64,000 nt of DNA from Akkermansia muciniphila (GTDB lineage: Bacteria > Verrucomicrobiota > Verrucomicrobiia > Verrucomicrobiales > DEV007), in contig CAMCXS010000026.1 in NCBI GenBank assembly GCA_945883495.1, positions 1 through 64,000 on the forward strand. The letters run 5' to 3'. Below the pieces are notes generated by a model. It was not told where the DNA came from, searched no databases, and worked only from the letters and a program-made list of their open reading frames with translations. The position numbers were made by a program, and so were the translations under genes. The stretch's first letter is position 1, and the number at the start of each line of letters is the position of its first letter. Shown piece by piece: positions 44,556 through 53,752 of the stretch.

Positions 44556-46673
44556 TCAGGGCTGCTCTGCCACGAGGCGACCGAAGAGTTTGCCAGCGGC
44601 GGCTTCACTAGCGGGGATGGTGGCTGTGATTCCATTCATGAAGCCATCAGGAGTGGGCAGCAAAATGACGTTAAATGAGACGCCATCGACCGTGCTTGTC
44701 GTTTCAGGAACTGTGACAGTAAACCACGGGTCACTAAGGCCTAGATCACTGCTGTGCTGGAGATTGACAACGGCGGTACCACGGTTCGCGGCAGTTAAGG
44801 TAGCGAAGGTGATGACCAGATCGCCACCAGATTGTGTGACTTTTGGCAGCAAGCCGACCGCGTTGTCATCCGGATTGACCGCACCGAGCAGGAAAGCCAG
44901 GCCGTCTTGCACGCCGTCGCCGTTGAGGTCACCATCGAAGGTCACCGTGCCTGGCAAAGTGCCGGTGGCTGCCCATGTCTCGAAGGGGGTGCCGCCACTG
45001 GAATCGACATAAAGAACGATGTCGTTGCCTCCCGTGAGGGAGCTGGTGCCGGAGTCTCCGGTGTAGCTGATCTTCAAGTCCACACCGCCGAAGTTGCCGA
45101 CAATCGCACCCTGCCCGAAATCTTTAAAAGTCCCGGCAACGGCATCCACGTCGTCGTTGACCACGATGAAGTATTTCTGCCCGCCAGCCAAGGTTCCCGT
45201 CAGGTTGACCGTCAGGGTGGTGGCGGCATTGATGGTGACAGTTCCGGTCACGAGGGTCTGGTCGGATGTCACCGAGGTAGCATCCACTTCCACGGCGTAG
45301 CTGCCGTCGCTGGCGAAGGTGAGGTTGCCGGTGGCGAGGGACTCGATGCTGGCTCCGGGGGCGAGGATGGCATCGGCGCTACCCGTGCCATTGCCAATGG
45401 TGACCGCTCCAGAGAGGCTGCCGGTGCCGCCGAGGGTGCCGGCGTTGACGACGACCGGGCCGCTGCCCGTGCCAGAACCCGCGGTGTTATTAATGAGGAG
45501 GGTACCGGCGGTCAAGGTGGTGGTGCCGATGTAGGTGTTGTCACCGGAGAGGATCCATTTGCCGTTGCCGGCCTTGGTCACGTTGAGCGTGTCGAAGGTT
45601 CCGTTGGCGATGTCGCCGTTGAAGGCGTTGTTGCCCGTGTTCGCGCCCTCGAATTGCAGCGTTCGGGTAGCGGCAGCGAGACCGGTTTTCGTGGCCAGGA
45701 GATCGGTGTTGATCGTGAGGATGTTGGAGACGTTTGTATTCGCGTTGCCGATGCGGTTGGTGCCACCAGTCGTCCCTGTCAACTCCACCCGGCGGTTGTT
45801 CAAAGTGATCGGGACAGCCGTGCCCGGGCCCATGCCGAAGTAGGCTTCGGATTCATCGAACAGGATGTTGCCGATGGCGGTGACCGAATCCGCGAGGCTG
45901 TTGACCTGAAACGTGGACTTGTTTGGCGTCTGGTCGATCACCCCCTCGAAGGTATTCGCGGTGCTCGAGAAAGTAAGCGTCCGTTGAAAGACACTACCGG
46001 CGTCGTTGACGGCCAGACCACCGGCTCCGGACACGGCACCGGTGAATTCCCAGGTGCCGCCGTTGCCCTTGACGAAGGACGTCTTGGTCTGGTTAAGGAG
46101 GATGCCCTGCTGATGCACCTGGGTGTTTCTGCCGTGAATCTGCCCGCCATCGATGGTGATGGTGCTGCCTGTGGCGCCGAACGAGTTGCCCCCTCCCTCT
46201 GCGCGCACGGTACCCGCATCGATCTCCAGCCCGCCGGTAAACGAGTTAGTACCTGTCAATATTAGGGTGCCCGCGCCGTTCTTTTTCAGGCCGTTGTTGC
46301 CAGCGATAACGCTGCTGATGGTCAGAATTCGGCTGGTGGTGGTGACATCGATGGTCGGTCTGGTCGAATCGGTGCGCTCGAGAGTGAGGGTGTTCGCGCC
46401 GGAGATGGTGTAGTTGTGGCTGGTGTCCGACGCGGTGACGTTGCCGATGGTGATCGGGGCATCGAGGGTGATGATTCGATCAGCGTTGATGAAGTTGCCG
46501 AAGGTGGCGGTGGAATCGGCACCTTCGGCGTAGGCGAGGTCGCCCTGCCAGTTTGTGAAATCAGTCCAGTTGCCAGCCGAATTGGTGTCCCAAATGCCGT
46601 CGGCGGCGTGGAGGGCGGGGGCGCCGAGAGTGAGTGCGGCGATGGCGAGGAGGTTTGTTTTGTTCAGTTTCAT
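44556..46673 (-). CDS. autotransporter-associated beta-strand-repeat protein (secreted; Verrucomicrobia-type)
   Basis: Signal peptide. Iterated G/T/N-rich beta-solenoid repeats such as GAGTLILTGTNSFTGGLEIDAGTV and GTLGGTGSLSGAVTIGNG. 705 aa. Confidence 0.7.
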   Translation of the reverse strand: MKLNKTNLLAIAALTLGAPALHAADGIWDTNSAGNWTDFTNWQGDLAYAEGADSTATFGNFINADRIITLDAPITIGNVTASDTSHNYTISGANTLTLERTDSTRPTIDVTTTSRILTISSVIAGNNGLKKNGAGTLILTGTNSFTGGLEIDAGTVRAEGGGNSFGATGSTITIDGGQIHGRNTQVHQQGILLNQTKTSFVKGNGGTWEFTGAVSGAGGLAVNDAGSVFQRTLTFSSTANTFEGVIDQTPNKSTFQVNSLADSVTAIGNILFDESEAYFGMGPGTAVPITLNNRRVELTGTTGGTNRIGNANTNVSNILTINTDLLATKTGLAAATRTLQFEGANTGNNAFNGDIANGTFDTLNVTKAGNGKWILSGDNTYIGTTTLTAGTLLINNTAGSGTGSGPVVVNAGTLGGTGSLSGAVTIGNGTGSADAILAPGASIESLATGNLTFASDGSYAVEVDATSVTSDQTLVTGTVTINAATTLTVNLTGTLAGGQKYFIVVNDDVDAVAGTFKDFGQGAIVGNFGGVDLKISYTGDSGTSSLTGGNDIVLYVDSSGGTPFETWAATGTLPGTVTFDGDLNGDGVQDGLAFLLGAVNPDDNAVGLLPKVTQSGGDLVITFATLTAANRGTAVVNLQHSSDLGLSDPWFTVTVPETTSTVDGVSFNVILLPTPDGFMNGITATIPASEAAAGKLFGRLVAEQP

Positions 46674-46801
46674 GAGGTTTTGAGGTTGGTGTTTATTGCC
46701 AGTGCAATGTTCAATTCGTTAATTCAAGTCCGCGCTGGCAGCGAGAAAAATTTTGAAGTTTTGCCTAGCTTACCTGTCTGCTATGGAGCAGGTTTACCAA
46801 T

Positions 46802-47869
46802 ATGAGTGAGGGATTCATTTCGATCACGGAACAGGTGGTGCGCCATCTGGAGGAACAGGTGATGAGCGGGCGTTGGGAGGCGATGATGCCGGGGCGGGAT
46901 CGGCTGGTGGCGGATCTCGGGGTGAGCGGGAAGACCGTGGAGTTGGCGCTGCAGCGATTGGAGGCGCTTGGCTTGATCGCGTCGGCGGGAGCGGGGCGGC
47001 GACGGCGGATTTTGCCGCGTCCCGATGCGGTGCGGCGGCAGTTGCGAGTGGCGATCCTACCCTACGAGTCGGAGGATAGGGGGCTTTCCTACCTGGTGGA
47101 TTTGCAGCGTCGTATCGCCAAGGCCGGCCATGAGGTGGAGTTCGCACACGGAACGGTGCTTGGCTTGGGGAACAGCCTGCAACGGACGGCAGCGCTCGTG
47201 AAAGAGCACCGCGCCGGGGCGTGGGTTCTCATGGGCGCGTCGCTCGAGGTGCTAGAATGGTTCGAGGCACAAAAAATTCCCGCCTTCGCCTTGTTCGGCC
47301 GCAGGCGTAGGGTCAACCTAGCGGGCGGCGGTCCGGATAAGACCCGGGCCATACGCGAGGTGGTGGACCGGCTCTGGTCGATGGGCCACCGTCGCATGGC
47401 AATGATCTGCCGAGAGGAACGGCGCAAACCGTTTCCCGGCGCGACGGAACAGGCCTTTCTCGACGGACTGGCGGCACATGGGATCACCCCCGGTTCCTAT
47501 CATCTCCCCGATTGGGAAGCCACTCCAGAGGGATTCCGCCAATGTCTCGACAGTTTATTCCTGCTCACCCCGCCCACCGCCTTGATTCTCGACGAGGCTT
47601 ACCAATACCTCGTTGCTTGGCAGTATCTGGCTGGAAAGGGGATTCACGCGCCCGAGCACATTTCACTGGTATGCCGCGACCCGATCCCGTGGTCTGAATG
47701 GTATTGGCCGGCTGTCAGCCACATTCATTGGGATCCCGAGCCCATCGTGCGTGGCATCGTGCGCTGGGTGGAAAATTTGGCCGCCGGTCGAGAGAATCGC
47801 AGGCAAGTGGAAGTCAAAGCCGTCTTTGTCGAGGGCGGTACGGTTGGGCCGGTGCGGCGCGATGGGTGA
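46802..47869 (+). CDS. AraR-like transcriptional regulator (GntR-type HTH plus LacI-type sugar-binding domain)
   Basis: N-terminal GntR HTH (GRDRLVADLGVSGKTVELALQRLEALGLI), then a periplasmic-binding-protein-like fold (LRVAILPYESED...). Lies next to the minus-strand glycan locus and converges on it. Confidence 0.65.
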   Translation: MSEGFISITEQVVRHLEEQVMSGRWEAMMPGRDRLVADLGVSGKTVELALQRLEALGLIASAGAGRRRRILPRPDAVRRQLRVAILPYESEDRGLSYLVDLQRRIAKAGHEVEFAHGTVLGLGNSLQRTAALVKEHRAGAWVLMGASLEVLEWFEAQKIPAFALFGRRRRVNLAGGGPDKTRAIREVVDRLWSMGHRRMAMICREERRKPFPGATEQAFLDGLAAHGITPGSYHLPDWEATPEGFRQCLDSLFLLTPPTALILDEAYQYLVAWQYLAGKGIHAPEHISLVCRDPIPWSEWYWPAVSHIHWDPEPIVRGIVRWVENLAAGRENRRQVEVKAVFVEGGTVGPVRRDG

Positions 47870-48113
47870 GAAGCGTGCTCGGGACTGTCGACCCATTGCT
47901 ACTAGACTTCCTCAATCAGGAGCGAACGTCCCGCTGCCGTCATAGCAGTCGGACAGGTTTGGCGCCCACTCATGATGGGCGGTGCGGTTCCGGGGGCCGC
48001 CCTGGACGGAGGATGTGACGCTGAGAGTGAGTCCACCGATCATGGCGTTCAGCGTCCGCTTGAATTTCATGGTATTGAATATGCTGATTGTTTGAGATTG
48101 AATGGATATCTCG

Positions 48114-49628
48114 CTACTTAGCGTTGCGCTTTGCTTTCTTAAGCGTTTTGCCCGCGGCAGGCGTGAGACCGTCGTCCGGTTGGTCCCAGAAACGCCAGGG
48201 GTCGTGCAGGCGGCGCATCTCGGCAAGGAGCAGTGCTTCCATCTCGGCCAGCTTGCCCGCATGAGCGGGGTCGATGGCGAGATTGCGTTGCGCGGGCTTG
48301 GGCGTGGCGTGCGTAAGCGTGGTGACTTTTTCGTCGTGGTGTTCGTCGAGGAATTCGTTGGGGTTTTCCGCGAGGTTGAAGAGCTGTGTTTTCCGCACGG
48401 TGCCGTCGAGAACATCGAATTTCACGAGTTTCCAGTCGCCCTTCTTCACGGCGCGCATGCCCGGCTTTGAGCCGCCGTTGTAAACGCCGTAGAGTACGTC
48501 GCGGATGACGTCCTTTTTCCCCTCCAGCACGGGGCGGAAACTGATGCCCTCATTGCTCTCCGGTGGCTGGATGCCGGCGAAGTCGCAAAGTGTCGCCAGA
48601 GTGTCGAGCAGGTAGGTGTTTCCGACTGCGCGGCTGCCGGGCTTGATGCCGGGGCCTTTGACGATGTAGGGCACGCGCCAAGTGTGCTCATAGAGGTTTT
48701 GTTTTCCCTGCAAGCCGTGACGACCGATGGCCATGCCGTGATCGGCGGTGTATATGATGTAAGTGTTTTCCAGTTCGCCCATCGCCTCGAGCTTTGTGAG
48801 CACGCGGCCGATCTGGATATCGATATTCTCCGAGCAGGCGAACTCCCGGCCCAGTTCGTTGCGGATCGTGTGCTCGTCGCGGCGCTTCCATACGCCGCTC
48901 ACCGCCACCTCGTCGCGAAGTCCTGGATGGCCGTCCGGGAACGGGTGGGCGGGAAGCCAGTTCGCGGGCAGTGGCGGTTGTTTTTCGTTCGCGGGCGGCG
49001 GCGTTGATTTGTCCTTGTGGTTAATCGCACCGTATTTTGCGAGCAGCTCGGGTTTGCCGTCGCGCGTGTCGTGTGGATGCGAAAAGCCGAAGTAGATGAG
49101 GAAGGGATCGGTGTCCTTTGCGGTTTCGCGGTTAGTGAGGTAATCAAGCACCTGCTCCGCGTGCCATGCGCTGCCCGATTCGTCAGTGTCACCGCGCTTG
49201 GTCGCGTCTTTTACCACAGTGAACTGCTTGTTCGCTCCCGGGTAACTGTTGCCTTGTTTGCAAGTCCGCATCGTGTCGTAGCCAGCACGATTGAAGACGG
49301 CAGCCATGGTGTTTTTTTCCAACTCCGGCGGGCAGTGCTCCTTCGCTCCGGGTGCGACAGGCAAATGCCACACCGTCCGCCCGCACATGATCATGTGCCG
49401 CGACGGCATGCAGACCGCGCCGCTGAACGAGCCCATGTGATGCGCCCCGTCCAGCGTCATCCCTCCCGCCGCGAGTTTGTCGATATTGGGCGTATGGAGC
49501 GGCGACTTCGGATCATACACGCGCAAATCGAAGGGTGATTGATCATCGACGAGGATGAACAGGATGTTGGGTTTGGGCGCGGCGGTGACCGCCGCCGAGA
49601 GCAAGAGGGAGCAAAGTATGATTTTCAT
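48114..49628 (-). CDS. sulfatase (formylglycine-dependent, C-x-P-S-R type)
   Basis: Signal peptide MKIILCSLLLSAAVTAA. NILFILVDDQ, the active-site segment CMPSRHMIMCGR and GKWHL-like motifs. Full length, about 505 aa. Confidence 0.85.
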   Translation of the reverse strand: MKIILCSLLLSAAVTAAPKPNILFILVDDQSPFDLRVYDPKSPLHTPNIDKLAAGGMTLDGAHHMGSFSGAVCMPSRHMIMCGRTVWHLPVAPGAKEHCPPELEKNTMAAVFNRAGYDTMRTCKQGNSYPGANKQFTVVKDATKRGDTDESGSAWHAEQVLDYLTNRETAKDTDPFLIYFGFSHPHDTRDGKPELLAKYGAINHKDKSTPPPANEKQPPLPANWLPAHPFPDGHPGLRDEVAVSGVWKRRDEHTIRNELGREFACSENIDIQIGRVLTKLEAMGELENTYIIYTADHGMAIGRHGLQGKQNLYEHTWRVPYIVKGPGIKPGSRAVGNTYLLDTLATLCDFAGIQPPESNEGISFRPVLEGKKDVIRDVLYGVYNGGSKPGMRAVKKGDWKLVKFDVLDGTVRKTQLFNLAENPNEFLDEHHDEKVTTLTHATPKPAQRNLAIDPAHAGKLAEMEALLLAEMRRLHDPWRFWDQPDDGLTPAAGKTLKKAKRNAK

Positions 49629-49692
49629 AGTAGGAGATTGGTTTCGTAAGGTTTGATAAGCAATTGCCATTCCTGAGCAAGTGATGATGCGA

Positions 49693-51129
49693 TCACTCGG
49701 TGACGAGCTTCAGCTCTTCCATCACTCCGTTTTTCCATTCGGTTAGCTCGTGAAGCATGCGGGTCGTGACTTCCGGGTGTGTCTTGGAAAGGTCTTTCGT
49801 TTCCGCAGGATCCGCAGGGATGTCGAAGAGCTTGGTTTCATTGCCACGGATCACCAGCTTGAATTGGTCCTCCATCCAGACCGCTTCTTTGCCTTCTTTG
49901 TTGAGGAAACCGATGGGACGGTCGCGCGTCGTGCGTTTGCCTTTGATGAGGGGCAAGAGACTGATTCCATCGTAGAGCCTGTCCCCTGGCAACGGGATGC
50001 CAATTGACTCCAGAATGGTGGGGAAATAGTCAGAGGTCACACTGGGGGCATCAATGGTTCGTGGGGCTTTCACGACATCAGGCCAGACCAGAAGGCCCGG
50101 CACGCGAATCCCGCCCTCGTTGATCGATAATTTGTAACCGGAGAGTCCGTTGGTGCGTCCAACTTCCCGCGGCGATCCTTGCCGTGCCGGGCCGTTGTCC
50201 GAGCAGAACCACAACATGGTGTCGCGATCCACCCCGAGGTTCTTCAACTCCGTCCGCAGGCGTCCGATTTGTTCATCCATGGCGGTAAGGCAGGCGTAAT
50301 AATGTTGTTCATGCTCCGGACGGTCCGCATACATTTTGCGGTAGGCTGGTCCTCCCACGACCGGTGAGTGCGGGGTGTGAAACCAGATCGCCGCGAAGAA
50401 CGGCTGATCCCTTGCAACGGCATTGCGGATGAAGGGCAGGGCACGATCCATGATGATGCGGGAATCATCGCCCTCAAGGTTGTCCGCTGCTTTCCGGTCC
50501 GGCCCCGTGAAGTAATCGATGCCGTAAGGCTTGCCTATGTTCGGGTCATCCACCGGCTCTTTCATCCCGATCTTGCCCGGCTCAATCATCGGGTCCCAGG
50601 TAGGAACCCTGGATTCGGTGACAAAGGAGACATCCACATCCCGTTCCCAGGGCGGGCAGAAATAACGTTCGGGAGTTTGGGCATACTTCCCCCAGCGATT
50701 CTGGTCGCCCTTCTTCGAGGAAAGCGTTCCCATGTGCCACTTGCCGAAATGGCCGGTGACGTATCCGGCCTTTTTGAGGACCGTGGTGATCGGAGTTTCA
50801 CGCTTTTCGAGCATGCCCTTCATGGCAAACGTCACGCCCATCCGGTAGGGATGGCGCCCGGTGTAGCAACTGGCGCGCGTTGGCGAACACATGGCCGCGG
50901 CCGAATAGAAGCGCGTAAACGTGACGCCCTCCCGGCTCATCTGGTCAAGGTGCGGGGTTTTCAGATGGGGGTGACCGTTGTATCCGGTGTCCCCCCACCC
51001 TTGGTCGTCTGTCATGCAGAGGATGACGTTCGGCTGGGCGGCGAAGACCCCGGGCGCCGCCAGCAGCCCGAGTGTCAGGATCATGCACAAGGGGCTTTTT
51101 GCTGCCAAGAGTTTGCTTATTCGGCGCAT
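49693..51129 (-). CDS. sulfatase (formylglycine-dependent)
   Basis: Signal peptide. NVILCMTDDQGWGD, CSPTRASCYTGRHP and GKWHMG. About 478 aa. Confidence 0.85.
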   Translation of the reverse strand: MRRISKLLAAKSPLCMILTLGLLAAPGVFAAQPNVILCMTDDQGWGDTGYNGHPHLKTPHLDQMSREGVTFTRFYSAAAMCSPTRASCYTGRHPYRMGVTFAMKGMLEKRETPITTVLKKAGYVTGHFGKWHMGTLSSKKGDQNRWGKYAQTPERYFCPPWERDVDVSFVTESRVPTWDPMIEPGKIGMKEPVDDPNIGKPYGIDYFTGPDRKAADNLEGDDSRIIMDRALPFIRNAVARDQPFFAAIWFHTPHSPVVGGPAYRKMYADRPEHEQHYYACLTAMDEQIGRLRTELKNLGVDRDTMLWFCSDNGPARQGSPREVGRTNGLSGYKLSINEGGIRVPGLLVWPDVVKAPRTIDAPSVTSDYFPTILESIGIPLPGDRLYDGISLLPLIKGKRTTRDRPIGFLNKEGKEAVWMEDQFKLVIRGNETKLFDIPADPAETKDLSKTHPEVTTRMLHELTEWKNGVMEELKLVTE

Positions 51130-51142
51130 GGCTGTGGGTTGG

Positions 51143-53749
51143 CTATTTACCCGCTTTGGGGCGTTCACTTTCCCTCCTTTCTACTTCCTCAAGCAGGAGT
51201 GGCGGCATTTTGGCTTCTTCCAGCCAGACGCTCAGGTGGCCTTTCGGCGGAGCGGATTGCCCCGAATTTCCTGAGCGCCGCAGGAAGGAATGGACTGCGA
51301 CGGTAATCTTGCCGGATTTCAGGTCGGGCAGGAAGTCGTTGAAAAAATACATGCCACTGGTGCCGCCGTTCTTGAACTTGGCGCTCTCTTCTTCGGCGAA
51401 TTTTTTCCCGTTGATATAGACCACAAAGCCTTCTCCGCCCCAGCCGCCGTTGCCTCCACCCACGACGAGGCGGTAGCGATGCCCGTCCTTGAGGTTGGGA
51501 ACCTCAAAGGTTTTGCGGATGAAGAGGGCGTCGTTTTCCCAGAAGGTGTTAGGCATGACGTGGCTGCGGCATTGCGGGCTGCTGGTCTTGTTGAGCGGTT
51601 CCAGCTTGCCGTTGTTCTGGCCAAAGGGTGCCTTCCCGGTTTTCCAGCCGGCGGCCTTGGCATCGAAGTCCGTGGCATACCAGTTTTCCATACCCGCCGG
51701 CATCGCGACCTTACGGTATTGCACCTTGGTTTTTTCGTTGGCGGGCTCCTTCGGGTTGAAGCTGAAGTAGTCCCACTCGGCGGTGTGCATCTCGGGACCG
51801 AAATCCCTCCAGTTGTATTCGTCGACACCCACGGTGTTGTAGTATTGGATGAGGTCGTCGAGGCCGCTGGAATCGATGACGGCTTTTGGCTTATCGCTTT
51901 CGGATTTGCCGGAAACAACCGAGGCCGCCCAGATGCCCTTGCGCAGGTAGGCTTTGACGTAAATTTTGTTTTTGATGTAGTCCGGGATGAGGCTACCGAG
52001 AATGTAGGGTTCGAAGGCCGGAGCCATCGCGGCCAATTCCTCATTGGTCGGCTTGTTCTCACCCTTGGACCAGGGCGAGATGAATTCCGTGGTGTAGAGC
52101 ATTTGCGCGGCCTGCGCGAGGGTAGGCTCTTTCGGCCAGGATTCGGGAACCTTGGGCGGCTCGGGATGGACGCGCGGTTCCACCTTGCCGCCCTTCAATC
52201 CGACCATGGCGCGACCGAGGGCATCGCCGACGAGGTAATAGGTTTCGCCGTTGTGGTTGTAATGGTAGCCCTGGTTCTTGGGCGAATCACCGGGATCACG
52301 CCAGAAACCGCGTGCCTCGATGGTCTTGACCTTGCCCTTGTGCTCGGGGAAAACGCCGGCATCGCCATCGACCGAAAGTTGCGCCTCGGCCACCGTCTTG
52401 CCGGGACCACTCAGATTCCAGCCGTCGAAGGCGATGGTCGCCAGCACCCAGGGAGCGTCTGGCACGTTGAATTCCTTGCCCCATGCCTTGACCAGATTGG
52501 CAAAGTTCTTGGCGTAGAGGCTGGCGTGGGCATCGTTTTGATCCTTGTGGCCCTGCCACCAGACGAAGCCGGCGATTTCATAGCCCTGATCCGCATACTG
52601 CGGGTAGATCTTCGCGAAGTTGTCGAGCACATAGCGGATCGACTGGGTGTATTCGTCGTATTGTTTGCCAGCATACCAGCCATCACCCGTCCATTTGACG
52701 ATGTTTCCGTCTTTATCGAGCTTCTCCCTGTAGCCGGGAATGTTCTTGCCCTCGAAAGTGGTGCTTACGCTGCCGGGAGGCAGGATGTCATAACCGAGGC
52801 CGCGGTTGCCGATGTCCACCTTCATCAGGATGACCGGCTCGTCGTGGTAGGTGGCGATGACATTGCCGAAGCCGACCTCCGGGCCGAAGGTGCCGGCGCG
52901 CCACATCGGGCTGAAGGGGGCATCCTGGCCCTTGCCCATGTAGGTATTGTTGACGCGGGCATCCTCGCGCACGATCCACCCTTTCTTTTCGTCGAGGAGA
53001 TGCGGAAACATGCCCTTTTCCTCGATCATGTAGCGGAGCGAGCCTCGCGGCTTGAGATCGACCAGTTCCATCCAGAAGGCAGCCTTGCCGCCCTTGGTGT
53101 AGGTGATGGAGAACGGATGGCGCTTGCCGGCTTCCAGCTTGATTTTGGTGAGGGTGGCTGCGGCATCCGTAAGCTTGCTGTACACTTCCTGCCCGTTGAC
53201 TTTGACCACCGCATATTCGCTGTCTTTGAAGCCGGAGTGGATTTCATGCATGCCAGTCATTGGGACTTCCAGAAAGCCCTCGACGAGGGTGGTGTGGCCG
53301 GCTTTCGACGGCAGGTCGGCGGTCACATCGCCAAGCGCGACGGTGTTGGTTTCGACAGGAGTCATGGTGGCGTAGTCGCTACCGGGGGTGAAAGCTCCAT
53401 TGAATATTTTTGCCGTCGCGCCTTTCTCCGGGCCGTCCTTGGAAAGGAAAACATGGTGGGGCAGCAGGCCGGAATTTCCCACGGGCATACGAGCCGTCTT
53501 GATCCTCGGGTCGGCCGAGAGCAGGACGCTGGAGTAATGCAATTCTCCGCCTTCGGCGCGACCGAATCCGAGGCTGTTCGATTGACCCGAGAAAATGTAG
53601 ATCTTGACCGGCTTGTCCTTGGCGGCAGGTTTGCCGTCGTATTTCGGGATTTCGGGCGGTATGGGATTGTCCGCAAGGGACGGCAGCGAGGTCATTATGA
53701 GTGCCGCGAAAAAAGCAACTAGCTCGCGGATGCGTTGGTGTGTGTTCAT
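51143..53749 (-). CDS. sialate-O-acetylesterase-family (SGNH/DUF303) multidomain carbohydrate esterase
   Basis: Signal peptide. IYIFSGQSNSLGFG is the GQSN catalytic motif of sialate-O-acetylesterase-like SGNH hydrolases. Additional beta-sandwich (PA14-like) and C-terminal domains. 868 aa. Only 3 nt separate it from the upstream gene. Confidence 0.7.
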   Translation of the reverse strand: MNTHQRIRELVAFFAALIMTSLPSLADNPIPPEIPKYDGKPAAKDKPVKIYIFSGQSNSLGFGRAEGGELHYSSVLLSADPRIKTARMPVGNSGLLPHHVFLSKDGPEKGATAKIFNGAFTPGSDYATMTPVETNTVALGDVTADLPSKAGHTTLVEGFLEVPMTGMHEIHSGFKDSEYAVVKVNGQEVYSKLTDAAATLTKIKLEAGKRHPFSITYTKGGKAAFWMELVDLKPRGSLRYMIEEKGMFPHLLDEKKGWIVREDARVNNTYMGKGQDAPFSPMWRAGTFGPEVGFGNVIATYHDEPVILMKVDIGNRGLGYDILPPGSVSTTFEGKNIPGYREKLDKDGNIVKWTGDGWYAGKQYDEYTQSIRYVLDNFAKIYPQYADQGYEIAGFVWWQGHKDQNDAHASLYAKNFANLVKAWGKEFNVPDAPWVLATIAFDGWNLSGPGKTVAEAQLSVDGDAGVFPEHKGKVKTIEARGFWRDPGDSPKNQGYHYNHNGETYYLVGDALGRAMVGLKGGKVEPRVHPEPPKVPESWPKEPTLAQAAQMLYTTEFISPWSKGENKPTNEELAAMAPAFEPYILGSLIPDYIKNKIYVKAYLRKGIWAASVVSGKSESDKPKAVIDSSGLDDLIQYYNTVGVDEYNWRDFGPEMHTAEWDYFSFNPKEPANEKTKVQYRKVAMPAGMENWYATDFDAKAAGWKTGKAPFGQNNGKLEPLNKTSSPQCRSHVMPNTFWENDALFIRKTFEVPNLKDGHRYRLVVGGGNGGWGGEGFVVYINGKKFAEEESAKFKNGGTSGMYFFNDFLPDLKSGKITVAVHSFLRRSGNSGQSAPPKGHLSVWLEEAKMPPLLLEEVERRESERPKAGK

Positions 53750-53752
53750 ATT

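Noticed and set aside
47912-48069. Possible 52-aa secreted peptide (MKFKRTLNAMIGGLTLSVTSSVQG...) downstream of the last sulfatase
   Set aside because: It has a signal-like N-terminus, but it is very short and embedded in a 167-aa track ORF whose upstream part is S/T/P/R-rich nonsense. It cannot be supported without conservation or expression data. Worth a look in ribosome-profiling data.
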